Notes: generated by a model not told the origin, from the sequence alone. DNA of 54,675 bases from an uncultured Candidatus Saccharibacteria bacterium (GCA_964389975.1 CAYMGJ010000003.1:1-54675), one strand, 5' to 3'; positions 44,009 through 53,196 are shown, counted from the first letter of the stretch. A program made the numbers and translations.

Positions 44009-45274
44009 TTAACTTCGTAGTTTAGATAGTTCTTCTCGTACGATACGTGCATCATCCCAAGGGGTTTTGGTGCCCTGAGGTCCCATGATATATGGATCTG
44101 TTCCTTTTCCCGTGATGATGACAGTATCTCCAGTCTGTGCGAGGCTACACGCAGTATGGAGTGCTTCTCTCCGGTCCATGATGATACGTGGTTGCTGTGT
44201 TGATATACCTTCACGTATGTGATTGATGATGGTTTGAGGATCTTCGTCATAAGGATCTTCATTGGTGAGGATAATTTCATCACAATATGAATCTGCAATT
44301 CGTCCCATCTCTTTTCGTTTCCATGTATCACGTCCTCCTCCGGTTCCTCCGAGTACACAGATCATACGAGAACCTTTGAATACTTGATATACCTTCTCAA
44401 GTGAATCAGGTGTATGGGCATAGTCGACGATGACATTGAAATCTTGACCAGCTTTAATTTTTTCAACTCGTCCTCGTACACCACTAAATTTCTCAAGTGT
44501 TCTTGAAATGATTTCAGGAGATACACCTAATTGAGATGCACAGGTAATCGCTGCAAGTATATTGTAGAGATTGAAGAGTCCTGAAAGAGGGGAGTGAATC
44601 TTGGTGTTGTGGTATGTGAAATCGATCCCTTCCTTCTTAACTTCATAAGGTTGAACATCATTGATACGATAGGTAATTTTTGTATCTGCGTCACATTCAA
44701 GAAACCGTGATGCTTGTGCATCATCTCCATTTACAACAATCACAGTGTTCTTTTTTGATGAAGATGCAAGGGTTTTTGCAATTGCTACTTTTGCATTGAG
44801 ATAGTTTTCAAATGATCCGTGAGATTCAATGTGTTCAGGGGATATATTGGTAAAGATGAATGCATCGAGATTTATGAACAAATGACGATACTGCAAAACT
44901 CCCTGAGAGGTAATTTCAAGAATTGCATAATCACATTTTTTTTGTACTGCCTTTCTCAAAAAACGTTGAGTGAAGAAACGTCCAGGCATAGACATTTTGT
45001 ACATATTCTCACTCGATTCATTTCCGATCTTGTGGCGAATGGTATTTGCAACTGCTGTTGTGTATCCAGCTTCTTCAAGAATTGCATTAAGAATTTCTGT
45101 AGTAGTACTTTTTCCTTTCGTACCGGTAACCGCTATGACCTTAAGTGAACGAGAAGGGAATCGATATACAAGTCCAGCGCAGAAGGCGAGTGTTAAGTGA
45201 TATGCAGGCTGAAAGAATGCATAGAGGTTATGTGGTATATATTTACGAATTGTAGAGAGTGTTGAATCTATCAT
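44009..45274 (-). CDS. murE: Mur ligase, most likely UDP-MurNAc-L-Ala-D-Glu:diamino acid ligase (MurE), short form
   Basis: The ATP-binding loop is VTGTKGKSTT, with VDYAHTPDSLEKV and a C-terminal WDDARIVREEL. It is 421 aa and lacks the usual N-terminal domain. Confidence 0.7.
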   Translation of the reverse strand: MIDSTLSTIRKYIPHNLYAFFQPAYHLTLAFCAGLVYRFPSRSLKVIAVTGTKGKSTTTEILNAILEEAGYTTAVANTIRHKIGNESSENMYKMSMPGRFFTQRFLRKAVQKKCDYAILEITSQGVLQYRHLFINLDAFIFTNISPEHIESHGSFENYLNAKVAIAKTLASSSKKNTVIVVNGDDAQASRFLECDADTKITYRINDVQPYEVKKEGIDFTYHNTKIHSPLSGLFNLYNILAAITCASQLGVSPEIISRTLEKFSGVRGRVEKIKAGQDFNVIVDYAHTPDSLEKVYQVFKGSRMICVLGGTGGGRDTWKRKEMGRIADSYCDEIILTNEDPYDEDPQTIINHIREGISTQQPRIIMDRREALHTACSLAQTGDTVIITGKGTDPYIMGPQGTKTPWDDARIVREELSKLRS

Positions 45275-45278
45275 GCTA

Positions 45279-45857
45279 TTATCTTCCTAAAATTTTTAAT
45301 GCTTCCTTTATCTTCTCACCTGTCTTGGTAATATCTTTCTTGATACTTTTCAAAGCATCTCGACTCTCATTCTGTGTATATCCAAGTGACATGAGGGCCT
45401 CGAGAGCATCGGCATCATTTTTCATTGCACTTTGTGCTTCAGGGGTATGTGATATTTTCTCAACCTTGTCTTTAAGTTCAAGAACGATTTTTTCAGCAAC
45501 CTTCTTTCCGATACCAGATATCTTCGTAAGGTGAGAAGTGTCTCCCGTTTGTACTGCTGTTTCAAGTGCATGTACTGAAGCGGAGTTAAGTATGCCAAGC
45601 GCTGTTTTTGGTCCAATACCTGATATGGTAATGAGGAGTTCGAAGAATGAGAGTTCAGCAGGGGATATGAAACCATAGAGATCCATGGCATTCTCTCGAA
45701 CTGCAAGATATGTATATATAGTTATGACCCCAGTATCCTTTCCAAGCTTGGTTATCATGTCTGCTGTTGTGAATACCTTATACCCAATACCACCAACATC
45801 AAGGACGATATGTTTGGGGTCTATATGAGCAATGGTACCGGTAAGTCGAGATATCAT
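45279..45857 (-). CDS. ruvA: Holliday junction DNA helicase subunit RuvA
   Basis: It has MISRLTGTIAHIDPKHIVLDVGGIGYKV and HhH motifs (ISGIGPKTALGIL and ISGIGKKVAEKI). Confidence 0.9.
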   Translation of the reverse strand: MISRLTGTIAHIDPKHIVLDVGGIGYKVFTTADMITKLGKDTGVITIYTYLAVRENAMDLYGFISPAELSFFELLITISGIGPKTALGILNSASVHALETAVQTGDTSHLTKISGIGKKVAEKIVLELKDKVEKISHTPEAQSAMKNDADALEALMSLGYTQNESRDALKSIKKDITKTGEKIKEALKILGR

Positions 45858-45932
45858 GGACTTATCATAGCTTAATCCTTGTCTTTTTTAAAGGTATATG
45901 TTAGTTTTGTTCTATAAACATTTAGGAAATAT

Positions 45933-46202
45933 ATGGCAATTACATCATCAGCAAAGAAGGCGCTCCGTGCATCATCTCGAAAGAGAGTCTATAACCTCCG
46001 AACAAAGGCGGCTATCGACTTACCTTTGAAGAAGTTCCGAAAGCTCATTCTCGCAAAAAACACAAAGGAAGCAGAGGCACTTGTACCTTCTCTCTATCAA
46101 GCTCTGGATAAGGCGGCAAAGAGAAACCTCATCAAGAAGAATACAGCAGCTCGATACAAGTCTCGAATCATGAGTGCTTTGAAGAAAACAGCTACTAAGT
46201 AA
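45933..46202 (+). CDS. rpsT: 30S ribosomal protein S20
   Basis: It is 89 aa and basic, starts MAITSSAKKALRASSRKRVYNLRTK, and has an AGGAAA Shine-Dalgarno-like sequence 5 nt upstream. Confidence 0.9.
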   Translation: MAITSSAKKALRASSRKRVYNLRTKAAIDLPLKKFRKLILAKNTKEAEALVPSLYQALDKAAKRNLIKKNTAARYKSRIMSALKKTATK

Positions 46203-46203
46203 C

Positions 46204-46247
46204 TTACATAACAAAAGAGCTCCCTTAGGAGCTCTTTTGTTATGTAA
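46204..46247. terminator. Bidirectional terminator with a 20-bp stem
   Basis: ttacataacaaaagagctcc / ctta / ggagctcttttgttatgtaa lies between rpsT and the convergent ABC ATPase gene. Confidence 0.8.
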
Positions 46248-46928
46248 CTATGATTTAGTTATCGAAATAATCTTACCATCATCGAATCGCACCACCTTCT
46301 CTGCGGTCTTACCATACTCCTCTTCATGGGTAACCATAATGATTGTTTGTCCCTCAGCATGAAGTTCTTTGAAGATTGAGAGAATGACCTTCGATGATTC
46401 GTTATCAAGATTAGCAGTAGGTTCATCTGCGAAGAGAATGTCTGGTTTGTGTGCAATTGCTCTTGAGATACTCACTCTCTGTTGTTCTCCTCCCGAGAGT
46501 TGGCTTGGAAGTTGATCAACATGTTTTTCAAGGCGAACTCGAGTAAGTGCATCGCGTGCAATTGAATATGCTTTTGATTTTGGTATATCTTGCATGAGAA
46601 GGGGAAGAGCGACATTCTCAAGTGCTGTTAATTCGGGTATGAGTGCATAGTCTTGAAATACATACCCAAGTCTCTTAAGGCGGAAAAGGGTTTTTTCCTC
46701 AGACTTCATTGAGTGAGTATTTTGACCATCGATTATAATTTCTCCACTTGTTGGTTCATCGAGGAGACTAATCTGATACATAAAGGTACTTTTTCCAGCT
46801 CCTGAACGTCCCATGATTGCAATGAATTCTCCTTTTTCAACAGAGAAATCAATACCCTTAAGAACAGTTGTTTCTGTTTGTCCATTTTTGAATGATCTTT
46901 TTAAATTTCGTGTTTCAATGATTGTCAT
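46248..46928 (-). CDS. ABC transporter ATP-binding protein (MacB/LolD-like)
   Basis: Walker A is GRSGAGKST, the signature is LSGGEQQRVSISRA and Walker B is ILFADEPTANLD. Confidence 0.9.
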   Translation of the reverse strand: MTIIETRNLKRSFKNGQTETTVLKGIDFSVEKGEFIAIMGRSGAGKSTFMYQISLLDEPTSGEIIIDGQNTHSMKSEEKTLFRLKRLGYVFQDYALIPELTALENVALPLLMQDIPKSKAYSIARDALTRVRLEKHVDQLPSQLSGGEQQRVSISRAIAHKPDILFADEPTANLDNESSKVILSIFKELHAEGQTIIMVTHEEEYGKTAEKVVRFDDGKIISITKS

Positions 46929-46931
46929 ATA

Positions 46932-48188
46932 TTATTTTCTTCCTAAGATTGAATCAAGTGTATTCTTACGAACAATCATTCGTGCGGGAATGTATCCAGC
47001 AATGAGTGTTGCAAGAATGAGAAGGCCTACACGAATACTTGTTCCTGTAAGGGTTGCAACGAGAATACCATCACTGAAAGGGAAGTTGATGGGGTGGCGG
47101 GCAATGAAGGGTTGTAGGATGCCGTAGAGAAGGATGAGACCAACTATTGATCCCACTACGGAATAGAAGACGGATTGAAGAAGGTATGCCATTTCAATTG
47201 CCTGACCATTGATGCCGATACCCTTAAGAATACCGATAAATTTTCTACGAGTTATCGCATTGATGAATATCACAATGAAGATGGTGATAGAAGCAACAAC
47301 AAGTCCGATTGAACTAATCATATTTCCAAGAAGTGCAAAGGTATCCTTTATATCCTTAAGAAACTTTGGTTGAGCATCAGCAGATGTTTGAACTTTTGCA
47401 AATTTATCTGCTCCACTTCTCTTGATTGCATCACGAACACTGTCGGGATTAGAACCTTCCTTGAGTTTCACTGCAATTTCGTCAACATTGAAATCATTAC
47501 GACCAATCATACTTCGAAGTTGTGAGTCGATCATATATACTCTAAAACTCACTTCATCAACTTTGGTTTTAACAATTCCTTTCACGGTAACTTCACGTGT
47601 GGTTCCATTTGTTTGAATGCGGATCTTTGTTCCTGGTTCTACATCACTGAGAGCACTAAATCCTGGACTATCAACAGGAACATATTTTTTTATGAGATAT
47701 GATCCAAGAAGTACCTGGTCATAGTCTCCAGGGGAGAGATATTCACCCTCAATGACATACTTTGAAAGACCCGTTACCTTGTCTTCAGCGATGGGGTCAA
47801 TACCTACAATCTGTGAAGAGGCAATATTAGCTTTGTCGGTAAGGTTAATTTTTGTTTTGTAATTTGCTTCGAGTGTACTGCCGTTGAGGTATCGTGCAGT
47901 TACGAGATCTACCTGGGGTAGGGCTCTGATATTTTCGAGAATCTCAGGACTATGTTCTATATATGTTTTGTTGTTGAGATTAGAGACGATAATATCACTT
48001 GTATACTGATTACGAACAGCTTCTACAGCACCTTCGATAAGTCCTACAAGAATACCTGAGACGATAACAAGATTAAGAAAGGTGAGTATCATCACAAAGA
48101 TAATGAGACCATTGGTCCAGATACTCGAACGACGTATCTGTCGTATGGCAAGAAAGAATCCAATTCGTATATTAAGTGATGAAAACAT
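46932..48188 (-). CDS. ABC transporter permease, FtsX/MacB-like
   Basis: It has an N-terminal transmembrane helix, a large extracytoplasmic domain and three C-terminal transmembrane helices, which is FtsX-like topology. It is adjacent to the ATPase gene. Confidence 0.8.
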   Translation of the reverse strand: MFSSLNIRIGFFLAIRQIRRSSIWTNGLIIFVMILTFLNLVIVSGILVGLIEGAVEAVRNQYTSDIIVSNLNNKTYIEHSPEILENIRALPQVDLVTARYLNGSTLEANYKTKINLTDKANIASSQIVGIDPIAEDKVTGLSKYVIEGEYLSPGDYDQVLLGSYLIKKYVPVDSPGFSALSDVEPGTKIRIQTNGTTREVTVKGIVKTKVDEVSFRVYMIDSQLRSMIGRNDFNVDEIAVKLKEGSNPDSVRDAIKRSGADKFAKVQTSADAQPKFLKDIKDTFALLGNMISSIGLVVASITIFIVIFINAITRRKFIGILKGIGINGQAIEMAYLLQSVFYSVVGSIVGLILLYGILQPFIARHPINFPFSDGILVATLTGTSIRVGLLILATLIAGYIPARMIVRKNTLDSILGRK

Positions 48189-48191
48189 ATA

Positions 48192-49721
48192 TTATTTTTG
48201 AACGTCAACACGTATGATGTCTCCCTCAGATACACCCTCGGTAATCTCAACCTGTCCAAGAGTTGTCACATTTCCTGTCTTAATTACAACATCAAGATAT
48301 TCATCTCCTACACGTTTCTTTACCGTCATAATTCCATCGGTATTAGTTGTGATGATACTTCTAGGGAGTATGAAGACATTAGGTTTTTCAAGAGTTGTAA
48401 TTGTTACATTTGCTGTCATTCCTGATCGTATGCGTGGATCCTGCTCGGTGAATGCAAGAGTTACCTTGTAGGTAGAAACCCCATCACGTATTGTTTCGGC
48501 AGGATCGATAAATGTTACATTTGCGGTAAAGGTAATATCAGTTCCATATGCATCAAGAGTTACCTTTGCAGGGTCTCCAACTTTAATATGAGCAATGTTT
48601 ACCTCAGGGATATAGCTCTCAATTTTAAATGACGAAGTGCTCATAATCGAAACCTTCGAAGTATTAGGGGAAACAATTTCTCCTTGTTTGAGGTCCATTC
48701 GAGTAACAACTCCATCAAATGGTGCGATGATAAGGGTTTTGGTAAGACGAGCTTCTGCGGAAATGAGATCTGCACGAGCTACTTCAATTGCAGCTTTCTG
48801 TATATCAAGATCGGTATTTGTACTACCAGCTTTTGAAAGGGTAAGAGAGTTTCGACTTTGTTTCCACTTTGTTTCTGCTGTTTGGATAGTATCAATTGCT
48901 GATGCAAGAGTTTGGGCTGACGTGTTTACTGATGCCTTGTATGCATCAATTGATGATTGAGAATATCCAGAATTTCCTGGGTAGAGGTCATTAGTTATAT
49001 CAGTTAGAGTTATGGTGAGTGTGCCCATAGCAACAAATACTTCACGAATTTGAGAGAGACCTGTTTCGATGAGAAGATCATCGGAAGAATCTGTAAGAGA
49101 AAGAAGAGTTTGCTTCAGAGTATCTCCTTTTTCAGTCACCGCAAATCTCTGCATATTTATTTTCTGTTCCTTGCTATATGTTTCTGTAAGAATACTGATT
49201 CTTGGGTTTACACTGTTACCATTTTCAAACATAGTATCAACTTCAGTGAGAAGGGAACTCTCAATGGTAAGAGATGATGATCGAAGTGCAACTATGAGAG
49301 CATTACGAGCGTCTTTGTATGTCTGCTCATCGATGGCAAGTTGTTCTGGACGAGTCCCGTTTTCAAGTGATATGAGTCGAGATTCTTCTTTGCTAAGAGC
49401 GGCACGTTTCTGAAGAACCTCAGCTTGTGCATCTCCATTTTCAATTGATGCAATGAGGGAACCCTTAGACACAACGGTACCTACTGGTGTGACGACTCGA
49501 GATATTCTTCCACCTTGCTCAAAGCCAAGTTCTGAACTTAATTGAGCAACAACTTTTCCAGAAGCAGATACTTGTTGTTTGAGGGTAGAACGGGACATGG
49601 TAACCGTTTCAACAACATCAGACGAACCACCAAACACCATTACAGCGATGATAATGACAGCGATGATAACAAGGGAACTTACAAGCACATTCTTTTTAAA
49701 CGTATTCTTTATTTTATTCAT
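48192..49721 (-). CDS. HlyD/MacA-like periplasmic adaptor (membrane fusion) protein
   Basis: It has an N-terminal anchor, a lipoyl-like half-motif (GTVVSKGSLIASIE and DGVVTRMDLKQGEIV) and a long coiled-coil insert. It is the first gene of a 3-gene efflux operon. Confidence 0.75.
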   Translation of the reverse strand: MNKIKNTFKKNVLVSSLVIIAVIIIAVMVFGGSSDVVETVTMSRSTLKQQVSASGKVVAQLSSELGFEQGGRISRVVTPVGTVVSKGSLIASIENGDAQAEVLQKRAALSKEESRLISLENGTRPEQLAIDEQTYKDARNALIVALRSSSLTIESSLLTEVDTMFENGNSVNPRISILTETYSKEQKINMQRFAVTEKGDTLKQTLLSLTDSSDDLLIETGLSQIREVFVAMGTLTITLTDITNDLYPGNSGYSQSSIDAYKASVNTSAQTLASAIDTIQTAETKWKQSRNSLTLSKAGSTNTDLDIQKAAIEVARADLISAEARLTKTLIIAPFDGVVTRMDLKQGEIVSPNTSKVSIMSTSSFKIESYIPEVNIAHIKVGDPAKVTLDAYGTDITFTANVTFIDPAETIRDGVSTYKVTLAFTEQDPRIRSGMTANVTITTLEKPNVFILPRSIITTNTDGIMTVKKRVGDEYLDVVIKTGNVTTLGQVEITEGVSEGDIIRVDVQK

Positions 49722-49779
49722 AGCGATTTAATACCAATTGTATCACGTTGTGAGCGCTTTTTACATCTGATAAATTTTA

Positions 49780-49900
49780 CAATCTAGTGCCCGCACCCAG
49801 TATCGGAATTTATCCCAGTAAGCCTCACAAGCGTTCCTTGGGGACTGAAATCAGTCTTTACTGACCCCTCTCGGTAGCGCGTCTTTAACTTGCTATTCTA
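49780..49900. promoter_or_regulatory. GC-rich structured element between the divergent efflux operon and the MazG-like gene; candidate cis-regulatory RNA or operator
   Basis: Two hairpins share tcagt and are mutually exclusive: 49843-49856 and 49851-49864. GGGG at 49840-49843 and CCCC at 49865-49868 flank them. The direct repeat CCCAGTA occurs at 49796 and 49814. No ORF is present. Confidence 0.35.
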
Positions 49901-49923
49901 GGTGACTATGGCATCATTTATAT

Positions 49924-50274
49924 ATGGACATAAATCAATATAAAAAGAAAGCTTTACGAACAGATTATGCTGATTACTCTGATTTTCATACTGGAGATGT
50001 TTCAGCAAGATTGGATTATGGTGCAATTGGTCTAGTCACCGAATCTTCAAAAATTTTAGATTTAATAAAAAAATCAAAGAAGTCTCTACATCCCCTAGAA
50101 AAACAAAAGGTAATTGAGGAACTCGGTGATTTGTTATGGTATTTGAACCTAACTTTGGATGAATTAGGTCTTTCTTTTGAAGATGTCATGGAGGCTAATC
50201 TTGATAAGATTTCTAAAAAGTATCCAGAAAACGATTCTAATGTTTCAAAGCTGATTCGTGGAAATATAGACTAA
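49924..50274 (+). CDS. Small MazG-like all-alpha nucleoside triphosphate pyrophosphohydrolase
   Basis: It is 116 aa. EELGDLLWYL followed by DVMEANLDKISKKY matches the EExxD/E metal-binding helix pattern of MazG-type domains. Confidence 0.7.
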   Translation: MDINQYKKKALRTDYADYSDFHTGDVSARLDYGAIGLVTESSKILDLIKKSKKSLHPLEKQKVIEELGDLLWYLNLTLDELGLSFEDVMEANLDKISKKYPENDSNVSKLIRGNID

Positions 50275-50346
50275 AAACAAGACCACTAAGTGAGCAGTTT
50301 TGTTTTTAGTTTGAATTTTGGCTTTTCATTAGGACTCGCTAGACTG

Positions 50347-50418
50347 TGCCCTCGGTAGGAATCGAACCTACATCACAACTTCCGCAAAGTTGTGTCCTAT
50401 CCATTGAACGACGAGGGC
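50347..50418 (-). tRNA. tRNA-Arg with anticodon GCG, CCA not encoded
   Basis: Hand-folded as GCCCTCG TC GTTC AATGGATA GGAC A CAACT TTGCGGA AGTTG TGAT GTAGG TTCGATT CCTAC CGAGGGC A. Confidence 0.85.
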
Positions 50419-50464
50419 AAATACCTATCAAGATGATAGATGAAACTAGACTAGCATATTTTCT

Positions 50465-50923
50465 TTAAAACCCAAATCTTTCAAGTAGTTTTTGTGACAG
50501 AGGTTCACGATGCTCGGTTTCTGCAATATAGTTGAGGAGAATATCTCTCACTTCTTCAGGATCAACCTCCTCAATATGAACTATGATGTATGGCATGAAA
50601 GTTTTGAGAGATTTCAGAAGTATTTTTGGTTGTGGGTCTTGTGCATCAATCCAAAATGACTCAAGGGTAAGGAAAGGGTAGAGTATATTGTTTAATATAA
50701 TCCCTCTGTCATTGATTTCACACTTAATTTCTTTAGGTTGTTTTGCTGCATGTACAACAAGAGCAAAAGAACTCACTAATATGAGTATGCCGAAGATTGG
50801 ATTTCCAAATATAAAAGCAAGAGTTGCTGCAGTAATTGTTATGATACCGACAGCCCAGTACCAATCATTATTTTTTTCAACATAATGATGTTCAGGAGCT
50901 GTCCATGAGATCAAGGGTTTCAT
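50465..50923 (-). CDS. Hypothetical two-pass membrane protein
   Basis: It is 152 aa, with two adjacent hydrophobic helices followed by a soluble C-terminal domain. I recognise no family. Confidence 0.5.
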   Translation of the reverse strand: MKPLISWTAPEHHYVEKNNDWYWAVGIITITAATLAFIFGNPIFGILILVSSFALVVHAAKQPKEIKCEINDRGIILNNILYPFLTLESFWIDAQDPQPKILLKSLKTFMPYIIVHIEEVDPEEVRDILLNYIAETEHREPLSQKLLERFGF

Positions 50924-51046
50924 ATACCTAGTAGTATATCATCATGTGGTGTGTGTTTTAATATGATTTGTTCACACATCATATATGACGGTGGCACTCA
51001 GATGTTGTGTGTGGGGATAGAGTGCTATAAGTATATTTTCAAATTA

Positions 51047-51391
51047 CTATTGAAAGAAAAATTTTAAACCTCCCATAGCAATAAAAACTAATAGACTAAA
51101 TGAAAGGTAGCCAATTAAAGTCAATCCGATAATTTTAGTGAATTTAGATAATGGAGGGTTTACTCCTCCTACTGATTTATTTACTAATCTTTTTATTAAA
51201 TTAATAAATAAATAAATAATTGCTATTAGAAATAATATATAAAATACCCATAGCACTATATTCATTACACGCTCCTCCTCTCCTGAGTTAATTCCTAATT
51301 GAATGAGTAGGGGAATAGATATTATTACACATATTACATATATTATTTTTTTCATAACTATAATGTTAGCATAGCTCCTTAATGTTTTCAC
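51047..51391 (-). CDS. Hypothetical small polytopic membrane protein in a very AT-rich segment
   Basis: It is 114 aa with 3 hydrophobic helices. The ORF could be a by-product of AT-rich sequence, hence the modest confidence. Confidence 0.4.
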   Translation of the reverse strand: MKTLRSYANIIVMKKIIYVICVIISIPLLIQLGINSGEEERVMNIVLWVFYILFLIAIIYLFINLIKRLVNKSVGGVNPPLSKFTKIIGLTLIGYLSFSLLVFIAMGGLKFFFQ

Positions 51392-51613
51392 TCAATATAT
51401 CTTTGTTGAAAATTATTACCTAGATAAATAGGAGTTAAAATATTTTTTATATTCATACCACAATCGAATCTTATCTCGCGTCATCATGATGTAGCGAGGG
51501 TGGTTAGATACGTTCAGAACCGTAAATTGGAAGATTATAAGGTTATCTTTGGGCGTATTACAATATGTCCATATTCGTGGTTAAATTAATATGTTATTAA
51601 TTAATTCAAGATA

Positions 51614-52645
51614 ATGCCCCCTCAAAATTCAAACCCCATTTTTCAAGAGCCCCTCAAACCAAAAACGAATATATGGAGAAGATTAATTGTAATCGTTGGA
51701 GTGGCTGTTGCCTTGATAATTGCACTCACTATTCTTACAGGAGGTTATGGATTAATAATGATTATGGGTGCCGTGAGAGCTCCTTTCAAGGTTTTGGTGG
51801 AAGCAAAGTATCATAGTCCGATAGTTGAGGAATATGCAGTAATTAATTACAAAATAGGAAGTCCTTATTTTGCTTCAAAGAGTCCATTTGTAGTTTTCAC
51901 AGAAGAGACTAGAACTCCATATCGTGAGAATGATTACGGGGGGAGTAGGACTGGCTTACTTAATCTTGAGTCAAAAGAAGCTTTAATTTTGGCCGAAAAC
52001 GGAATACCTAAAAACACTTCTATGTTTTCGCCTAATGAAAAATATCTTGTTTATGCTGTAGCTCGAAAGGACGGGGAAGATGTTTATAAAAATGAGTACG
52101 GGAACTGGAGAAGTCTAAGAAGCTTTGATTTATATATGCGAGACTTGGCTTCCGATGAGTCAATTTTAATCTCGAATGAAAAATATCCATTGTGGATAAC
52201 AAACAGCGCACTTGGAGAGAATAGTTTTGGTTGGCTTAATGAAGATACTGTATTTTATACGTGTGCTGATGATAAAAAACAACCATTTGCAAGCTATTGT
52301 TTTAGGAATCTCAAGGAGAATTCTTTTAAATTCATTCCCGCTAGTATATATAATCCAACTATTCCAAAAGAAATAGTTGATGCTCCTAAAGCAATATCTC
52401 AACCCGAACAAATTCAAAACTACCCAAACTCAAGTCCTTCAGGAAAAGCTTCTGTAATTTCTGCATGTAAATTTCATATTTATGATGGATGTGGAGTTTC
52501 TGTGGTGCTGGTGAGAGAAAATGGAGAAGACAAATTTCTTTATAATAGTAAAGAAACACCATACATATTGAGATGGGGAAATGACGACCATCTGTACGGC
52601 TTTTTGTATTCTGATAATCAAACTAAGATATACAGATTACACTAA
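51614..52645 (+). CDS. N-terminally anchored hypothetical protein with PD40/TolB-like beta-propeller-type repeat signatures
   Basis: It has one transmembrane helix (LIVIVGVAVALIIALTILTGG). Motifs such as FSPNEKYLVYAV are reminiscent of PD40 repeats. Confidence 0.5.
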   Translation: MPPQNSNPIFQEPLKPKTNIWRRLIVIVGVAVALIIALTILTGGYGLIMIMGAVRAPFKVLVEAKYHSPIVEEYAVINYKIGSPYFASKSPFVVFTEETRTPYRENDYGGSRTGLLNLESKEALILAENGIPKNTSMFSPNEKYLVYAVARKDGEDVYKNEYGNWRSLRSFDLYMRDLASDESILISNEKYPLWITNSALGENSFGWLNEDTVFYTCADDKKQPFASYCFRNLKENSFKFIPASIYNPTIPKEIVDAPKAISQPEQIQNYPNSSPSGKASVISACKFHIYDGCGVSVVLVRENGEDKFLYNSKETPYILRWGNDDHLYGFLYSDNQTKIYRLH

Positions 52646-52658
52646 GTTAAAAATTTCT

Positions 52659-52748
52659 TGGCGGATGGGGTGAGATTCGAACTCACGACCCAGTTTCCCG
52701 GGTGACGGTTTTCAAGACCGTTGCTTTAGACCACTCAGCCACCCATCC
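52659..52748 (-). tRNA. tRNA-Ser (anticodon UGA) with a long variable arm and genomically encoded CCA
   Basis: It is 90 nt. The anticodon arm is ACGGT CTTGAAA ACCGT, the variable arm is ACCCGG GAAA CTGGGT, and the T arm is GTGAG TTCGAAT CTCAC. The 3' end reads GCCA. Confidence 0.9.
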
Positions 52749-52809
52749 AGGGTGTACAAAGATACTCTCATATTTTGCTACAATTTTCAACTTCAGGTAC
52801 ACTGAAGAC

Positions 52810-53196
52810 ATGCGAATACTCGGAATTGACTATGGAAGCAAGAGGGTTGGTGTGTCACTTTCAGATGAGGGACTTCAGTTTGCTATGCCCCTCATAGTTC
52901 TTTCTAATAGTAAAGATCTTCTTGAAGAAATCACTTCTCTTGCAGAGAAAAACGGTATACAAGATATTGTTATGGGAGAATCTCGAAACTACAAAGGAGA
53001 AGCAAATACAATTCATCCTGAAAGCATGACTTTCAAGGAAGAATTAGAAAAGAAAGGATTTGTCGTTCATCTTGAACCAGAATTTATGACAAGTGTTCAC
53101 GCTGAACGGTTTCAGGGTAAGAATGACATGCATGATGCCTCAGCTGCAGCTCTCATACTTCAGAGTTTTCTTGATAAGAAGGGGATGAGGGGTTAA
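52810..53196 (+). CDS. ruvX: Putative pre-16S rRNA nuclease / Holliday junction resolvase-like YqgF (RuvX)
   Basis: MRILGIDYGSKRVGVSLSD, ending AAALILQSFLD. I moved the start to the ATG at 52810 because the track ORF from 52702 overlaps tRNA-Ser. Confidence 0.85.
   Translation: MRILGIDYGSKRVGVSLSDEGLQFAMPLIVLSNSKDLLEEITSLAEKNGIQDIVMGESRNYKGEANTIHPESMTFKEELEKKGFVVHLEPEFMTSVHAERFQGKNDMHDASAAALILQSFLDKKGMRG

Noticed and set aside
49780-49900. I considered naming the structured element as a ykkC/guanidine-I riboswitch or an SRP RNA.
   Set aside because: Only short fragments (CCGAGAG, GGGATAAA) loosely resemble ykkC, and the conserved ACGG/GGGA-AAAGCCCGGGAG core is absent. No SRP domain IV motif is present. 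A class assignment would be invention without an Infernal score.
50940-51030. GT-rich repeats (catgtggtgtgtg and gatgttgtgtgtgg) with an intervening cacacatcat lie downstream of ORF 51047-51391.
   Set aside because: The repeats are imperfect, short and of low complexity. They are most simply explained as a weak terminator region between two same-strand genes.
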